NCBI GenBank assembly: GCA_009602735.1
Contig: WELA01002573.1
Location: forward strand, 1 to 64,000
DNA length: 64,000 nt
Origin: Mesotaenium endlicherianum
Taxonomy: Eukaryota
Reading direction: 5' to 3'
Shown: one piece after another, positions 1 through 14,000 of the stretch
Layout of the letters: the number at the start of each line of letters is the position of its first letter
Position numbering within the stretch: position 1 is the stretch's first letter
The notes under the pieces: model-generated
Told to the model about the DNA's origin: nothing
Seen by the model: the letters and a program-made list of their open reading frames with translations, nothing else
Databases searched by the model: none
Position numbers and translations under genes: made by a program

Positions 1-124
1 TAAACCCTAAACCCTAAACCCTAAACCCTAAACCCTAAACCCTAAACCCTAAACCCTAAACCCTAAACCCTAAGCCCGAAGCCCTAAACCCGAAGCCCTA
101 AACCCTAAACCCTAAACCCTAAAC
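1..124 (+). repeat. Telomere, (CCCTAAA)n / TTTAGGG type, with variant units (e.g. CCCGAAG) in the proximal part
   Basis: Tandem TAAACCC from base 1, C-rich strand 5' as expected at a left chromosome end; variant units at about 72-100. Confidence 0.97.
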
Positions 125-257
125 ACTTGGCTTGCTGGGCGCTGACAAGAAATTCAGTCTCGCTCGCAGGCACTCAAAGTGGGATGCAATCGTAATCAAT
201 CAATCCCTGGACACTTGGCATATTTGCACTCTGCTTTTGGGAAAGACTTTGGTGTTA

Positions 258-335
258 GTACAAGGAAGTGGTCCAATCCCTTCACTAACAAGTACGTACA
301 AGGAAGTGGTCCAATCCCTTCACTAACGAGTACGT
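258..335. repeat. Two-copy 38-bp subtelomeric tandem duplication
   Basis: GTACAAGGAAGTGGTCCAATCCCTTCACTAAC(A/G)AGTAC occurs twice head to tail. Confidence 0.85.
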
Positions 336-1139
336 GTGGAAGTTTGATGCGCATCAGCCGAACACACATTTATCTCACATCTCATTGAAAATTCAAGCAG
401 CAAGCATATTCAAACAGCCAACGAATCCACTTCTACGAACACAGGTATAAGAGCAAAACAACTGCCACCATGAACACTATGGTTTCTTTTCTTCTCAACC
501 ACCAAAAACTTCACTCCAATGCCTTGATGTGGTCATGAAGACAACAATGATGTGATAAAGAATGCCCAGGCAAGTGCTGGACAACCATGCAACCCAGCTC
601 CTCATGCCAGAACTTCCGCTCGTCATGGAGGGTAAAAATTTTGAGCACATACAGCTCACACATTGTAGCCAACGACCAACTTATAGCTGACAATGTGCAC
701 CTTGTACACACGCTTTAAATATTAGGCGTGTGCCTACTCATACCACCTTTGAAGGTCACTTGCAACGCTGGGGCCCTTCCCAGGCCCTTTTGCTCCGGAG
801 CCAGTGAGGGGAGCAAAATACTTACTCCTGTACTCTGTCACCAGCTTATCCAAATTGTCTCCGGCACCTGCAGGTCGCCCACCCCTCTTCCTCTCTCTCC
901 GGCTCAATGGGACGTCTGTGGCCGAGACGTACTCTCCGACTGGCGCGCCAGCCAGCAGGTCAGGCGCAGCGGGGCTCTGTAAGTTCCAAAATTTAAAGCA
1001 ATGGAAGCGTTCGTCAGTTACTCTGAAAAGAATGATACACAGCCCATCTGTGCTCCAGCTCCATGATCACTTGCCAAGCAGCACCAGCCGCCTATAAATT
1101 TGCGGAAAGTTGTACGTAAGAGAATGTCAATGTTGCAAG

Positions 1140-4100
1140 CTACCCCAGAATCTCAAGCAGCCGACGGAAGAATGGTACCTTCTTCTCCTTGTCTGCTCTG
1201 GACTTGCCACCTGCAGGCGGCGGCAACGGCCCTCTCTTCTTTCCACTAGCAACCTCTTGCAGCTGAGCTCCCCTCTGCAAAGGTGCACCCTTGTCGTTGC
1301 GCTCCGTCCCGTCTTTCCTGGGGACCTTATTTCTGCCTGCGCCCTTCTCAATCCCATCTTGCTGCCGCCGCCTCTTGTCCCCAACCCCATGCGCCTGCTG
1401 CTCCTCTCCATGCCGTGGCCCTTTGGGTTGTCGGCCTCCTCCCCCTCCTCCTTCTGGGAGGGCACCATCATCATCTCCTCCTTCTGCTTGTGGTCCGGGC
1501 CGCTTGTGATGGGGGGGCGCGGGTTTCTTGCCCTTGGAGTTGGCAATCTGCACTTTGCGTTTGTGCAGAATGGACTGGTTCTCAATCGCAAACTCCACAA
1601 TCGGCCGGTGCTCCGCCCCAAATGTTGCTGCACACGCATACACGTGCATGTTCTGAGCGCACTGGCCAACGTGCCACCAGGGCCCATACGGATTGGAGCG
1701 AGCCCACACACACTAAAGGCGATGGCTGGTGAGGAGAGGAGAGGAGAGGAGAGGTGCGCACCAGGGTTGTTGTTGAGGGCGCGCAGCGCCACCAGAGCAT
1801 GCTGGTGCTCCGTGAACTCCACAAAGGCCGCCCCCCGCGACCGCCCTGCCTGCCCCTCGGGCCCCTTCTTTGTGTCGTCCACCAGTACCTTCACCTGCCC
1901 ACACGCGCACTCCGGTATCCCCCCACGTGTCAAACAGCCCGCACCCATGCACCCATGTGCTGCCCTTTAGCGTCCCAGACACAAGACAGAGAGAGCAAGA
2001 ACAGCCCCTCTGAACACACAGGCAGGGCTGGGAGCCAACCTGCTTGATGACGGGATGCTGCTTGGTGGCGCGCTGGCGCACGGCCGCGAGGAACAGCTCC
2101 TTGAGGGCGCGCTCGCCCATGTCCTTGGGCACGTTGTGCACGGCCAGGCGCGTGCGCGACACGGCAAACATGGGGCTCCTCAGCTTCGTCTCCTTCTCCC
2201 TCTCCAGCCTGCTCACCTTCTTCCCCCCCAATCCCAATCCCAATCCCAATCCCAATCCCCTCCAGCGTGACTGCCCCTCCTTTTTTGGGCCAGAGAGTAC
2301 ATGCCTCAGGACCAGCACGTGTGCATCAGAGCCCGCCTGCATGATTAGGAGCAGGAGTGTTGCGTAGGTGGGGAGGATGTCGGGAGGTGTGACAACGCAC
2401 CGCTGGCGCCGCGCCTGGTCCCCTTTGGACATGCCCTGAGCGGCCGCGCTGCCCTGTTTGATGGCCCCCTCCTGCACCCCCACAGCAGCAATCGTCGTCA
2501 GCCAGCAGGCCAACTGGTGCTAGTTGCAATGGCAGACTACAAAGCAGCAGCCCGGGCGAGTTGGGGGCTTTTACCCCACCTGGGCAAGGTAGAGGCTGCG
2601 CTTGTCGCGCTCGCGCTCCTTGGTGCCCTGCTCCGCCGCCAGCTTCCTGGCCTCCTCCTTGCCCACCGCCAGCGACAGCGCCACCTGTCGCGATCCTACC
2701 ACCACCCCCCGCCCTGCGGACGGCGCAGCAGCTTGGGCGGCGGCCACAGCGGCAGCGGCGGCAGCGCTGTCGGTGAACTCCACAAACGCCGTTCCCTTGG
2801 GCCGTCTGCAATGCCACACCACACCACCCGACATGCACGCATGGGCCATACACCTCCCTCAGCTCCCTCCCTCCACTGCTGCAGCCCTGCGCAAGGCGTG
2901 TCGCTTCCCAGGAGGAGCATCGTCTTTGGGGGCGGGCGGGCGGGCGGGGGGGAGAGGGACATACTTGGTGACGGGGTGCAGCACAAGACGGCAGGTGGCG
3001 ATGGCGCCGAACGCGCCCAGAGTGTCGCGCACCTGCTGCACGCGCACGTCCGGCGCCAGGTTGCGCACAAACACCTCCCTCTTCGCCTTCTCCTCCAGGG
3101 CGGCTGCTTCCGCTGCTGGCCCTGGGTGCTCTGACCCCCTGGCCCCCTGCGGCTCAGTAGCCGCATCCTTCACCTCCTTCACCGCTCCTCCTGCTCCTGC
3201 TGCTGCTGGTGGTGGTAATGCTGCCGCTGCCGTCTCCTGCGCTTCTACCCCCTCAGGGCCCTCTTTCTGTTGCTTGTCCTTCTTTGCCATCTTCTTCTTC
3301 TCCTTCTTCTCCTTCCTCTTCTCCGCCTTTGTCTTCCCCGTGGCTCCTCCTTTCCCTGCGGCTGCTTGCGGAAGCTCCACGTCATCCACCTCGCCTGCGT
3401 CCAGGCTGCTGGCCCCATTGCCGGCGGGGGGCTCCTCGGGCCCCGGCTGGCGCGACACCACGTGGGCCAGGACGCGCCGCATGAGCTCCACCTCCTCCGC
3501 CACGCCCACGGGCACCCCCTTCTTTGCCTTCACCGCCCGTTCCCCCTGCTTGCCAGCTGGCACATGCTCAGTCGCAGGCACCCGGGCAGCCGGCATGGTC
3601 CGGGCTTCATAGTCGTCGTCCTCGTCGTCGTCGTCATCGTCGCCGACGCTGCTGTCGCCCTCCCCCTCCGCTCCAGTAGTTGCTGCCCTCCACAAGTTCC
3701 AGGAGCGCCAGGACTGAGTTAAGCGGTCAGAGTTCAGGGCGCAGGGGATTCAGAATCAGGGTTACTCCCAGGGCAGCAGCAGCACCGGAGGCAGCAGCAG
3801 CCCAGGGGGACCAAGTACCGGCAGGGGCGGCGGGGCCAGGTGGCGGTGCGGCAGCAGAGGCAGCGTCGTAGTCTTTCTTGGCCACAGCCCAGTCCACCGC
3901 CACCGGTCGCCCGCCCACCACCTTCCCATTCATATTCTTCACCGCCTGCCCGCCCAACCCGCAAGACAGTGCGCGCGTGAGTGTGAGAGAGATAACGCGA
4001 GAGACATCACACACATTTGTGAGAGGGGCATGCGGGCATGGAGGGAGGCGAGGGGGACAGAGGTGGCACCTTCTGGGCGTGTGCCTGACACGTGTACCCC

Positions 4101-7100
4101 ACAAAGGCGAAACCTCGCGACCTGCAGGCACCCCACCCCACCCCAATCCAATCCCACCTCCGCCACGCAGTCAGTCTGCACTCGCGCCGTCGTCGGCATC
4201 GAAGAGCGTGGAGCTGCGCGCGGACGTCGCCATCGTGAGTGGGGCGGACGAGTGACCCACCTGCCATCGGGCGAGCGCGGGAGGGTGAGCTCCCAGATGA
4301 AGCCGGCCGGCGCCAGCAGCTCGCGCAGCGCTGCTTCCGTTATCTGCACCCACCCACCCCCATCCCATGGGTCACTCAATCCCACTCCTGCAGCTCTGCA
4401 TGAGAGAGGGGAAGGGAGGGCCGGTGGTTGGTAGGAGATGTGAACCTGGAAGGGCAGGTTGCGCACAATGAGGCGATGCTTCTTCAGCTTTGCCCCCTGC
4501 TCCCCCCCCAGCAGCAGAAGCAGAAGAAGAAAAAGGTGCTTCAGCCACAGCGCCGGTGTGGCCCGTTGCAACAGACAGCTCCTCCTCCTCCTCCTCCTTT
4601 CTACCCTTGGAGCCCGGAAAAGAGGACAAAGGTAGCCCCAGACAGATACGGAGGACGTAGGGACGGGCAGGAGAGGAGGAAGGGGAGCAACCTCTCCGCC
4701 CAGCTGGCGAGCCCAAAGAGTAGCGCCGGCAACGGCGAGGCCGTGCAGCGCGGCCACGGCGCGCATGGCGCTGGTCACGGACTCGTACACCACCGCCACC
4801 GCCGGCGCACTGCACCCGTCCCTGCTCAGGCCTGCTCCGTAGCCCGCCCGCCCGTCAGTGAAGTGAGGTCTGGTGAGGCGAGGCGGGAGGGCCGACCGGT
4901 TACGCCAGCAGCAGCAGCGGCGGCGGAGGGAGTGGCGGCACTGACCTTGCTGGGCGAGGTGCTGCGCGGGGTAGGGGTCGACGACGCACTCCGTGGGGCC
5001 CACCGCGCGGGCCGTGGCCAGCACCTGCGCCTGCTGCGGCGCCGCCTCCGGGAGGCCGCCCACCACCACCGTCCTCGCCGGCCTGCACCCTGGCCGAGGT
5101 CAGATGCCATTCCCCTGCCCTCTCCATCCTGCGGCAAGTGGTGGGAGCCCATCTTGAGGGGCAGCGAGGGGCGAGGAGAGGAGGACGCACCTCTGCTTGT
5201 CCGATGCCTTGCCCGCCACCTGCGGCTGCTTTGGGTCGTTGGTCTTCTTCCCTCCATCTCGTCCTCCTGCCATACCGCACCCCCCCTCTTCCTGGAGCTT
5301 GTGAGGGCCCGCCCTTCCGCCCCCCCCCCTTACCCCCCCGCAACCACTTGAGCAGTAGCAGCAACTGCAGCAGCACAGCCAGCAGCAGTAGAGGAAGCGT
5401 GGTCCCCACCTGCTTTGTGGCGCTTGGAGCCGCTTGCGGCCCCGTCCCCCTCCCCCTCCCCCTCCCCCTCCTGCTGCTGCTGCTGGGCGGCTGCGAGTGG
5501 TCTCTTCTTCTTCTTCTTCTTGCCTTCCTCCGGCTTCACCTCCCTCGCATCCTGCGCGGCTGCTGCTGCTGCTGTTGCTGCAGGAACGTCCTCAGACTCA
5601 CCTGCTGCTGGAGTACACAAGTGCATACCACAGGGAGACCATCACTGTCGTCACCAGCAGGAGCTGCCATCTCTTTGGTACATGAGGCTGCGCAGGGAGC
5701 AAATGGCCATGGGCAGATGTGGATGGACGGCCGTGACTGCCTGTAGTATGTCTGTGCTCGTTGAGTGCGTCTGAGCCACTAGGAGGAGGAGGAGGAGAAG
5801 AGGGCCACACGTGGAGGCGGTGCATGCATCTACCTGCGTCCTGCTCGGCACTGGCAGCTGCCACGCCATTGCTCACAGGCACAGCCTCCCCATCTGGCCC
5901 TATGGTCGTGCCTGCTCATCCCCACCGCCATGCACACCCCCACCCTCACGCATGTCACCCTTCACTCGGTTATGCTCCCACTGAGGGGCACGCCCCTCCA
6001 CGCCACTCCTCACAGCAGCAGCAGCACCTACCGGCGGGGAACTTGCGCGGGCGGCGCTCGTCCAGAGGGGCACGCTTCTGCGCTATCTCCAGCTTGAGCT
6101 TGCGCCCGCCCAGCAGGCTGCCCTGCAGCGCTGCCACCGCCCGCTCCGCATCCTCCACCACCGCACTGTCCCCCCCAAAAGGGCGTCACTTTCCGTATGA
6201 GGGCCCTGGCATGAGGACGACCCTAGGTGCATAGCTCCCTCTCTGCTTCTTATTTCCACGGAACAGATCAAACCTAGAGGTTGCAGCCGAGGGCAAAGAG
6301 GGAAGGAGACACGGAGAGAGACGAGGAACTCACAACTGCACGAATCCGAATCCTCGATGCAGCTGCTCTGACCCTGCTCCCCCACACCCGTACTCCGCCG
6401 TGAGTGGTAAAAGCATGAGGGCACAGAGAGGAAGAGTGGCAAAGAGAGGGAGGGAGGGAGGGAGGGGGGGACGGGAAGGAAGAATAGAGAGGGAGGGAGG
6501 ANAGGGAGGGAGGGAGGGAGGGAGGGAGGGAGACTGCCACACGTGAATGAAGGCCCAGCACCCTCCCTCCTCCCACCCAGAGTGTCCATGGCTCCTCTCT
6601 GCCTGACACCTCCCCAACACTCCCTCTAGCTGCCTGCTGACCCGCGGAAGGGGAACAAGCACGACAGCAATCTGCAGACTTGTGCACCAGCTGTCCACAT
6701 CCACACTCCGCGTTGTAAAGATAAGGCTGCACAGGCTAAAAAATAGCAGCGTGGTGGGGCTACAGCTGCGCACCTTTCTGCTTCACGGTGAAGCACTGCC
6801 TCACTGGTCCTATCTCGCTGAAAGCCTCCTCCAACTGCGTGTACAATAAACCTGCATTAGCTTGCCGCATTCTAAACGCACACTTTCCCCAGTCTGCAGT
6901 CACTTCCTCTCGTTGTCTTGTCACCCCTAACTTTCAGGCTTCCACTGCACCATGGAAGTAGCCTTTGAGCCCGCTAACTGCACTCGCTTCAAAAACTTGT
7001 GCTACATATTGCTTCTTATTCAAACTCGCTTTCAGACAATGCCACGGCCGTCCTTCATATTCACTTAACATGCAGCTGCAGTGAAGAGTGTGGTCCATGA

Positions 7101-7368
7101 GCATTTTTGCTGCCTATATTTCTGTTTGCTTAATCAAGGATGCCTCCACTGACAAGCACAATAGTGTCCACGAGCCTCCCCCCTCTCCGACTGATGAAAC
7201 CCAGCTTCACGGATGAGGAATTTTGGTGAAGGTATGACCAAATTTGAAGAGGCGGAAAGTTTGCTTTACCTTAGCATCTGTAGTAGTGAAAGCAAGGTTC
7301 CTGACGAAGACCGTCTTCTTATCAACCGAACCACTTCCCTTCTCCATGGGCCCTGCATCGATGGCCAT
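1140..7368 (-). CDS. RBM28: RBM28/NOP4-like nucleolar RNA-binding protein with four RRMs (multi-exon)
   Basis: Exon 1 at 7368-7270 MAIDAGPMEKGSGSVDKKTVFVRNLAFTTTDAK, then LEEAFSEIGPVRQCFTVKQK, HRGFGFVQF, AVVEDAERAVAALQGSLLGGRKLKLEIA (RRM1); HRLIVRNLPF..SRGFAFVGY..NMNGKVVGGRPVAVDWAVAKKDY (RRM2); EVFVRNL..PKGTAFVEF (RRM3); DKRSLYLAQ, KLRSPMFAVSRTRLAVHNVP, SRGAAFVEFTEHQHALVALRALNNNP, HRPIVEFAIEN (RRM4). GT-AG junctions seen; C-terminal end approximate. Confidence 0.9.
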
Positions 7369-7997
7369 AACGCACACCCACAAACGCCTACGTCCTACGT
7401 TTCGAATCTATTTCGAGAGAGCTCCGCTTGCTAGTATATATAAGACTTGGGATCTACAGAGGCTTCTGCGTATACTGTAGGTGCAAGTACACTTGTCGCT
7501 GAGACATTTATAAGCGTTCAAAAGGTAAGAGCAAGTGTATATCGATTAGGATGACATTCCCAGAATTACAGATGCCTTACCCAGTTACGTCCAATCCGTT
7601 ATGTACTGAATAACAACAGTGAGTCCGAATGATGTATGCAACCAAGGAGGGCAAGGGCGCACTACTTGCGCACTTCGAGGGGGCTAAGAGAACATTGTGT
7701 GGGTTGAGAATATGTCCCGGGCAACCCAATGTCACCTCTGGCATGCAGCTAGGTGCCTGTAAATTACCAATGAGAGGATTTGTCGCATTTCCCAAATATT
7801 AAGCTTCATAGACCTATGCTGAAGAGTTTGACCTCGCGGCAGGGGTCCAGGGGTTGCAGGGGTTTTGAGGGAAGGGGGTTCCCTTGGATTTTCAACTGTT
7901 TTCAACTGTTCCCAACTGCTAGATTATGGCTCTAGCATGTCCCGACCGACATACCGTACCCCTTCCACTCTTGCTGTCGTTCCCATTGGTTCCCATG

Positions 7998-8215
7998 CAA
8001 TCTCTGCTCGCGTACCCCTGCCATCTCTGCTCGTGTACCCCCGCCGTCTCTGCTCTCGTATCCCTACCATTCTGCTCGCGTACCCCTGCCGTCTCTGCTC
8101 GCGAAACCCTGCTGAACCCTGCCGTCTCTGCTCGCGTAACCCTGCCGTCTCTGCTCACGTACCCCTCACGTCTCTGTTCTCGTACCCCTGCCATCTCTGC
8201 TCGCGTACCCCCAGC
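7998..8215. repeat. Minisatellite, about 21-22 bp unit, about 9 degenerate copies
   Basis: Recurrent CTCTGCTCGCGTACCCCTGCC(G/A)T between the divergent RBM28 and TRPML genes. Confidence 0.85.
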
Positions 8216-9207
8216 CGTTCCTGCTTGCTGCCGACATTCCGCTCAGCGTACGAATTTTGTACTATTTTACCTGTCTTTATTGTGTACTGGTGCCAACAGG
8301 GCAATCCCTTTTTGTGTACCCCTAGAGACTGACTTTCTCGCGTTTACAAACTCGTGGTCAATGCAGTCAAGTCAAATCATATTGAAGGCAGCCAATAGCC
8401 GCGCCGCGATCGTTAAAGGCCACGCGCTGCGTGGCTTCGATTCCAATGCGATCTTTGCTACTCCCTCAGGCTCCAACCATGTTTCGAAGCTCTTTCCAAT
8501 CATTACCAAGTGTCCCAACGTGAAGCTTTGAACAAATTCAGCTTCATTGTAAAGTCGTGCCAAGGCGGTGCAACTTCGTGGCACTTCATAACATGAAAAA
8601 TCCACCAGAAGTTTATAGCCAGGCGCCTGCCGTGAGCAAGATTGCAGACTTGCTTCAGTAGCAGGACTTGTGTTGGTATACATGCACAAACCGCTCGGGA
8701 GCTCCTTAGCCTAAGCAGTGAGAACGTGACTGACTATTGGAGCAAGTACATTTTTCCCGCTGTTCTCAGTGTTACTAGAGTGCATATAGGCAGCTGGATC
8801 TATCTATCTTGCAGTGAGAGCTTCACAATTTGAAGGCACTGGATTAGCTTATGGGACGTACATTATAACGCAGCTGTCAACAGTACTCGGCATGCTGGTA
8901 GAAGAATGCACGGAAAGGCTTAGCTGCATGCTATATTCTGTGCACAAAAATTCCTTGGGCAGGCCTTCTCAGCCAGTGCTTCTAGCTCAACTTATTGGTC
9001 AAGCGACATTTCTGCTTATTGGAGCCAAATAGATGTTCAAAAGTATTAGCCTCATGGCGGTAAACTTTGAAACAAGTAGGCAGGGCTTAAGAGTTTCCTC
9101 TTGCTTTTGTGGTAGCTGATGATTGATTCCTTCCCTTGTCCTCTCAGAGCCTGTACTTGCTGAGTCCAGAATCGGCAGAGGGAACGACGAGGTAGAGTGA
9201 GGCCGAC

Positions 9208-11006
9208 ATGGGGAGCCCTTCCATGCCAGTGCACGAGAGGATGACCCTAAGCCCGTTCATGAAGTGGAAGAAGTACGGCAGGTGCGGGTGCTAACCCGCA
9301 TCTGAGGTCCTAGTCAGCAATGTGTTCCGGAGAGTTGCTCACTCGTCACAAGAGCAACAACTTTCTCGAGTGTCCTCACTGACGGTGGGAGCTATCATAT
9401 CGCTGCGCTACCAGTATAACAGGCCCTCTTCTTGGTTGCTACTGAGTGAGAGGTAGAGGTCAGAAGCGTTTCTACTGCTCTCATGGCTGCGGCTTCTAGA
9501 CGGCTGGAAAGTAAGAACCAACAGGTCCTTGTGGGGAGCAGGCTTTTTGCAACTCAAAAAGTGTGATGAGTGCAGAACGTCTGGTCAGTACTTGGAGTAC
9601 GAAATTGGCAGTTTTTGGGGAGCGGGAGCGGTGGTAGAGGAGGGCAGAGTAGGGGCGCAGTGCCACTGCAGACAAGTTTGGGCGTTGTCAGCTGCAACTA
9701 GGTTGTGTTTGTAAGCTGTCAGGGGCCGGGGCCGTGACAGCCTGCGCGCGCGCGTGTCTGCATGTGTGAGTGGTGCGTTGTGGGGGACAGAGTGCCGTGG
9801 AAGTTCTTCATCAACATCACGCTCACCTTCCTGCTCACCGTCCAGGTACCTGTAGCTGCTGCTGCTCCCTGGCTCTGACGCTCTGCCTCGTAGCCTCTCC
9901 CCTTTGATGGTGCGCCCTCCCACGCGAGCAGCTTACTGATGCGGAGGGGAAGGGGGAGAGGGACAGGTGTCGTTCCTGAACAGGAGCACGCCGTACCTGG
10001 AGCACACGCGGGCGGCGCTCACCGGCATGTTCCTGCCCTCCGGCTTCAAGGTAGGCCTGGCTGGGCTGGGCTGCAGGCTCTCTGCTGCTCCACACGCCTC
10101 CCTCGCATTCAGAGTGAGATGGGCACAGCACAGCTGCTAGCGCGTGGCAGCGGAGCTGACGGGGTTGAGGGTGCTGGCAGCTGGCAAAGAAGAGCCCCAG
10201 GGGCGGGGAGCTGCCGGTGTACACGTTTGACAAGTTCTCGCAGCTGCTGAGCCACGTGGCCAACACCTACAAGTACGCGGCGCTGGCCTCCTACGTGGGC
10301 CAGTTCGAGCCGCACGGCAACGCCAGCCTTACCGTGCACCTCCTGGACGAGCGCCAAGGTACCCTCCCCTCCCCTGCCCTGCCCTCGCCTCACTCAGAGG
10401 CAGAAGCTGGAGCGTGTGGCCCTCGCTCTTGCGGTGCACGTGAGCCTGGAGGGGTGGGGGGGGTGGGCAGAGGTGTACAATTTGCAGGACACTCCGTACG
10501 GCCCCTTCCACATCGGCAACTTCTCCCAGGTGGGTGCTGGCTGCTGGGTGCTGGATGGGCGCGTGCATGTGTCACGCATTGAGGCCATGCTCGCATGCTT
10601 GGTGACTTCCACAGTAACTGTCAGGCAAACATGCAGCACATCCAACATCCTGGCGTGCGGGCGGGCATCTGTTGGTTTGGGGGGGGGGGGAGAAGGGGAG
10701 CAGCTGAGGGCAGCGGTGGAGAACATGAGCGCGGCGGAGGTGCAGGTGCGGCTGCACAACGTGGAGAGCGACGCGCGTGCCGGCGCCACCCCCATCTGCT
10801 GGCTGTGGACCGTGCTCTGCCGCTTCGACACCACCAGCCGCTCGCACATCCGCTTCGACTTCCGGTGCCTGCCTGCCCCCCCGCCTGCCCGCCTGCTGTG
10901 CTCCTCGCCGCTCGAATGCCCCACTTTGAGAGAGAGAGAGAGAGAGAGTGGAAGAGGGGCGTGTGCAGCAAGCTCAACAGGACTGGCACGAGGGGGGGGG
11001 GGGGGN

Positions 11007-11042
<36 letters not shown>

Positions 11043-14000
11043 GCTGTACTGGAAGCAGTCGCGCGACAAGTACTGCGTGGCGGCGGGCGCGCAGGGCCAC
11101 GAGTGGAGCCGCCCGCGCTCCGCGCTCTTCTGGCTGGCCGTCGCCATCGTGGCGCTGGCGATCGTGTCGCTGGCGCTCACCGCGCGCTCCATCGTGCGCT
11201 CCGTGCGCCTCTACCGCATGGCGCGCGACCACTACAGCGCCGACAACATGCACGCGCGTTCCGACCAGCTGCCGCTCTTCTGGGAGTCGCTGTCCCTGGG
11301 GGTGAGACACCCCCCCCTCCCCCCCCCACTCCCCTCCCTCCTCCTCCCTCCTCAGCTTCAGCTCGATGATGGCACCACAAGGGTTGAGTGCGGTCAGGCT
11401 CCTCGTCTTCCCATCTCGGTGTACTGAATGGGGGAGCAGGACAAGCTGCGGTTCTTCAACCTGTGGGTGGTGGCCACGCTGGTGTGCAACGTGGCGGCCA
11501 TCCTGTCGGGCCTGCTGTACATCACGCCCCTCTCCAGCGCCGGCTACGACCAGCACTGGTGTGCATCTCTCCCTCCCTCTCTGCGTGTGGTCTCCTGAGG
11601 GTTCCGCTTTACAGGTGTGACAGTGGGTTGGCATGGGCTTGACCAAGGGAATGGTTGGAGCTGCGGGGCAGGTGGGTGCATCTGCTCATGGGCATTGCAG
11701 GCGCGGCCGCATGGGCGCAGAACACCCAGTACTTTGAGTAAGCCCGCTTGCTGTCTCTCGCTCTCGCTCTCGCTCTCCCATTCTCTCGTTCTCTCTACAT
11801 CTGCTAGGCAGCCAGGTAGGCAGGCAGACAGGCAGGAGGATGTGGGACGGCCGTTGCCGGGCTGGCTAAGCAGGAGCGGAGGGGGGGGGGNNNNNNNNNN
11901 NNNNNNNNNNNNNNNNNNNNNNNNNNNNNNNNNNNNNNNNNNNNNNNNNNNNNNNNNNNNNNNNNNNNNNNNNNNNNNNNNNNNNNNNNNNNNNNNNNNN
12001 NNNNNNNNNNNNNNGGGGGGGGGGGGGGGGAGCGCAGGTTTGACAAGGAGCTGGCGGTGTTCCTGCTGGCGCTGCGCACGGGCGTGCCCTACATCCTGCG
12101 CCTCGTCGTCGCCATCGGCCCCGTCTTCGTCGGTGCGCCCTCTCCCTCTCCCTCTCCCTCTCCCTCTCGCTGATGCCAGCTGTGACTTCTGGGGCAACTC
12201 ATCTGGAGTGAAGCTGTACCACCGCCACCACCACGAATCGTTGCGTCTTTGAGTCGAGATGATCTTCCACCGTTACAATTCAACAGCTGCACGAGTCTTA
12301 GTGTCTGGGCAAAGAACCGCTCGTCGTCTGTTCCGCACACGCGTCCACTTCTTTTTTGCAACCGCAAAGATGAATGTAACGAAGCAGACTCTCTGAGCCC
12401 GGAGCGGCTTCCTCCGACATGGCTGGGGGGGAGGCTCTCGGGTGCATTGTATCATGCACTGGGTTGGGTGCCGGAGGAAGTGCCGCCAGAGTGACCTCCT
12501 GTGAGGAGGGGGCGGGGGCAGGCTATGCGCTGTTTGCGTGGACGTTCTTTGGCGCCTTCAACACCACCTTCAACACCTTTGGCAGCTCCGCCGTCATGCT
12601 CTTCTCGTGAGCCCCCCTTCTCCCCTTGCTGCACACGTACACGCATCCGCTTGGTGTCATGCCAGCATGGGTCGGTGGGTGGGGGGGTGGGGAGGGGCTG
12701 GCACCCGTGCGCGGGAGGTGCAGCAGCGCCCTCTGCTGACTCGCACGGGGGCCGGGGCTGAATGGGGGCGATGCAGTATCGTGAACGGCGACAGCATCCA
12801 CGACACGTTTCAGCTGTATACGGAGGAGCACCTGGTGATTGGGCGGCTGTTCCTGGTGTCGTTTATCATGGGCTTCATCTACTGCGTGCTCAACGTGTTC
12901 ATCTATATCATGGAGGACGCCGTGCACTCCACCAAGCTGCTCTACCGCCGCAACCAGCAGAACTCCATGTCCGCTCCCCCATCAACCCACTCCCCCTTTC
13001 CCCTACCCCCCCTACCCCTGTGCCTATCCTACCCCCTTTTCATTCGTCCCATCACTGTCACTGTTCACCAATGCATCTCGTCATCATTTTAGGCAGCGAC
13101 AATGAAACAAGGAGTTAGTGTAAGCCGGCCCCGCACGCACGCGCACAGGGGCCAATTACGGCAGGCAGGCTTTCACATGGTGGCTAATGAAGCTGACGCA
13201 AGGGAGGGCGGGAGGGAGGGAGGGAGGGGGTGTCAGATTCGGGAGCAGCGGCAGCGCCAACTTCTTCATGGACGACGAGCTCCTGCAGGAGATGCTCAGC
13301 CCCTTCAACCAGCTGCTCCACATCCCCCCCTCCCCCCATAGCCACGACGGCGGCGACGCCCCCCCCAGCCCGCGGGGCAACGGCGCAAGCGTGATGCCAC
13401 GTGGCACCATGCGCTCCTTCAGAAGCACCTACTGGGGCTCCGCAGATGGCGAGGCTGGCACCAATGCCAGGGGAGGCCTGGGGGCTGTGCTGGAGCAGCG
13501 GGCCCCTCCCTACCAGGCACCCCCCCTGGTTGAAGAAGACGGCGACGGCGGCCGCGGCGGCCATCCCAGCAGCATGAGCATCGGCCGCAGTGAGAGCATG
13601 GGCCTGGGCGGCTCCCTCTCGCGCCGGGGCAGCAGAGGGCGAGGCGCTGCTGCCGGGGCCGAAGAAGGTGACAAGGAGCGCTCTATGGACGGCAGCAGCG
13701 CTTGGCACAGCTACGGCCGAGGCCCCAGCCTGGACCGCGGAGACAGCTCTGCTAGTCTGCTGGATGCAACTGCGACTGCTGCTGCTGCTACTGCTGGCCC
13801 GCCCTCCTCAGCCGAGCTCAACACGGACCACCCGGCAGCTGCTGGTGAAAGTACCGCGCCTGAAAACTCGTCCAGTGCAGCCACGGCATCAATCCTGGAG
13901 CAAGCACATGCAGTGAGAAGAGAGCCGAGCGGTGCCTTGGAGAGCAGCGTGGGTTCTGACATGGACACCGTCAGGCGAGGCCTTGCACGGCTCAGATCTG

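Noticed and set aside
7998..8215. CRISPR-like array
   Set aside because: Units are contiguous with no unique spacers, and the context is eukaryotic; it is a minisatellite.
10992..12030. Poly-G tracts and N gap as biological signals or missing channel exons
   Set aside because: They lie in introns (the S4 and S5 exons join across the gap) and their lengths are unreliable assembly features.
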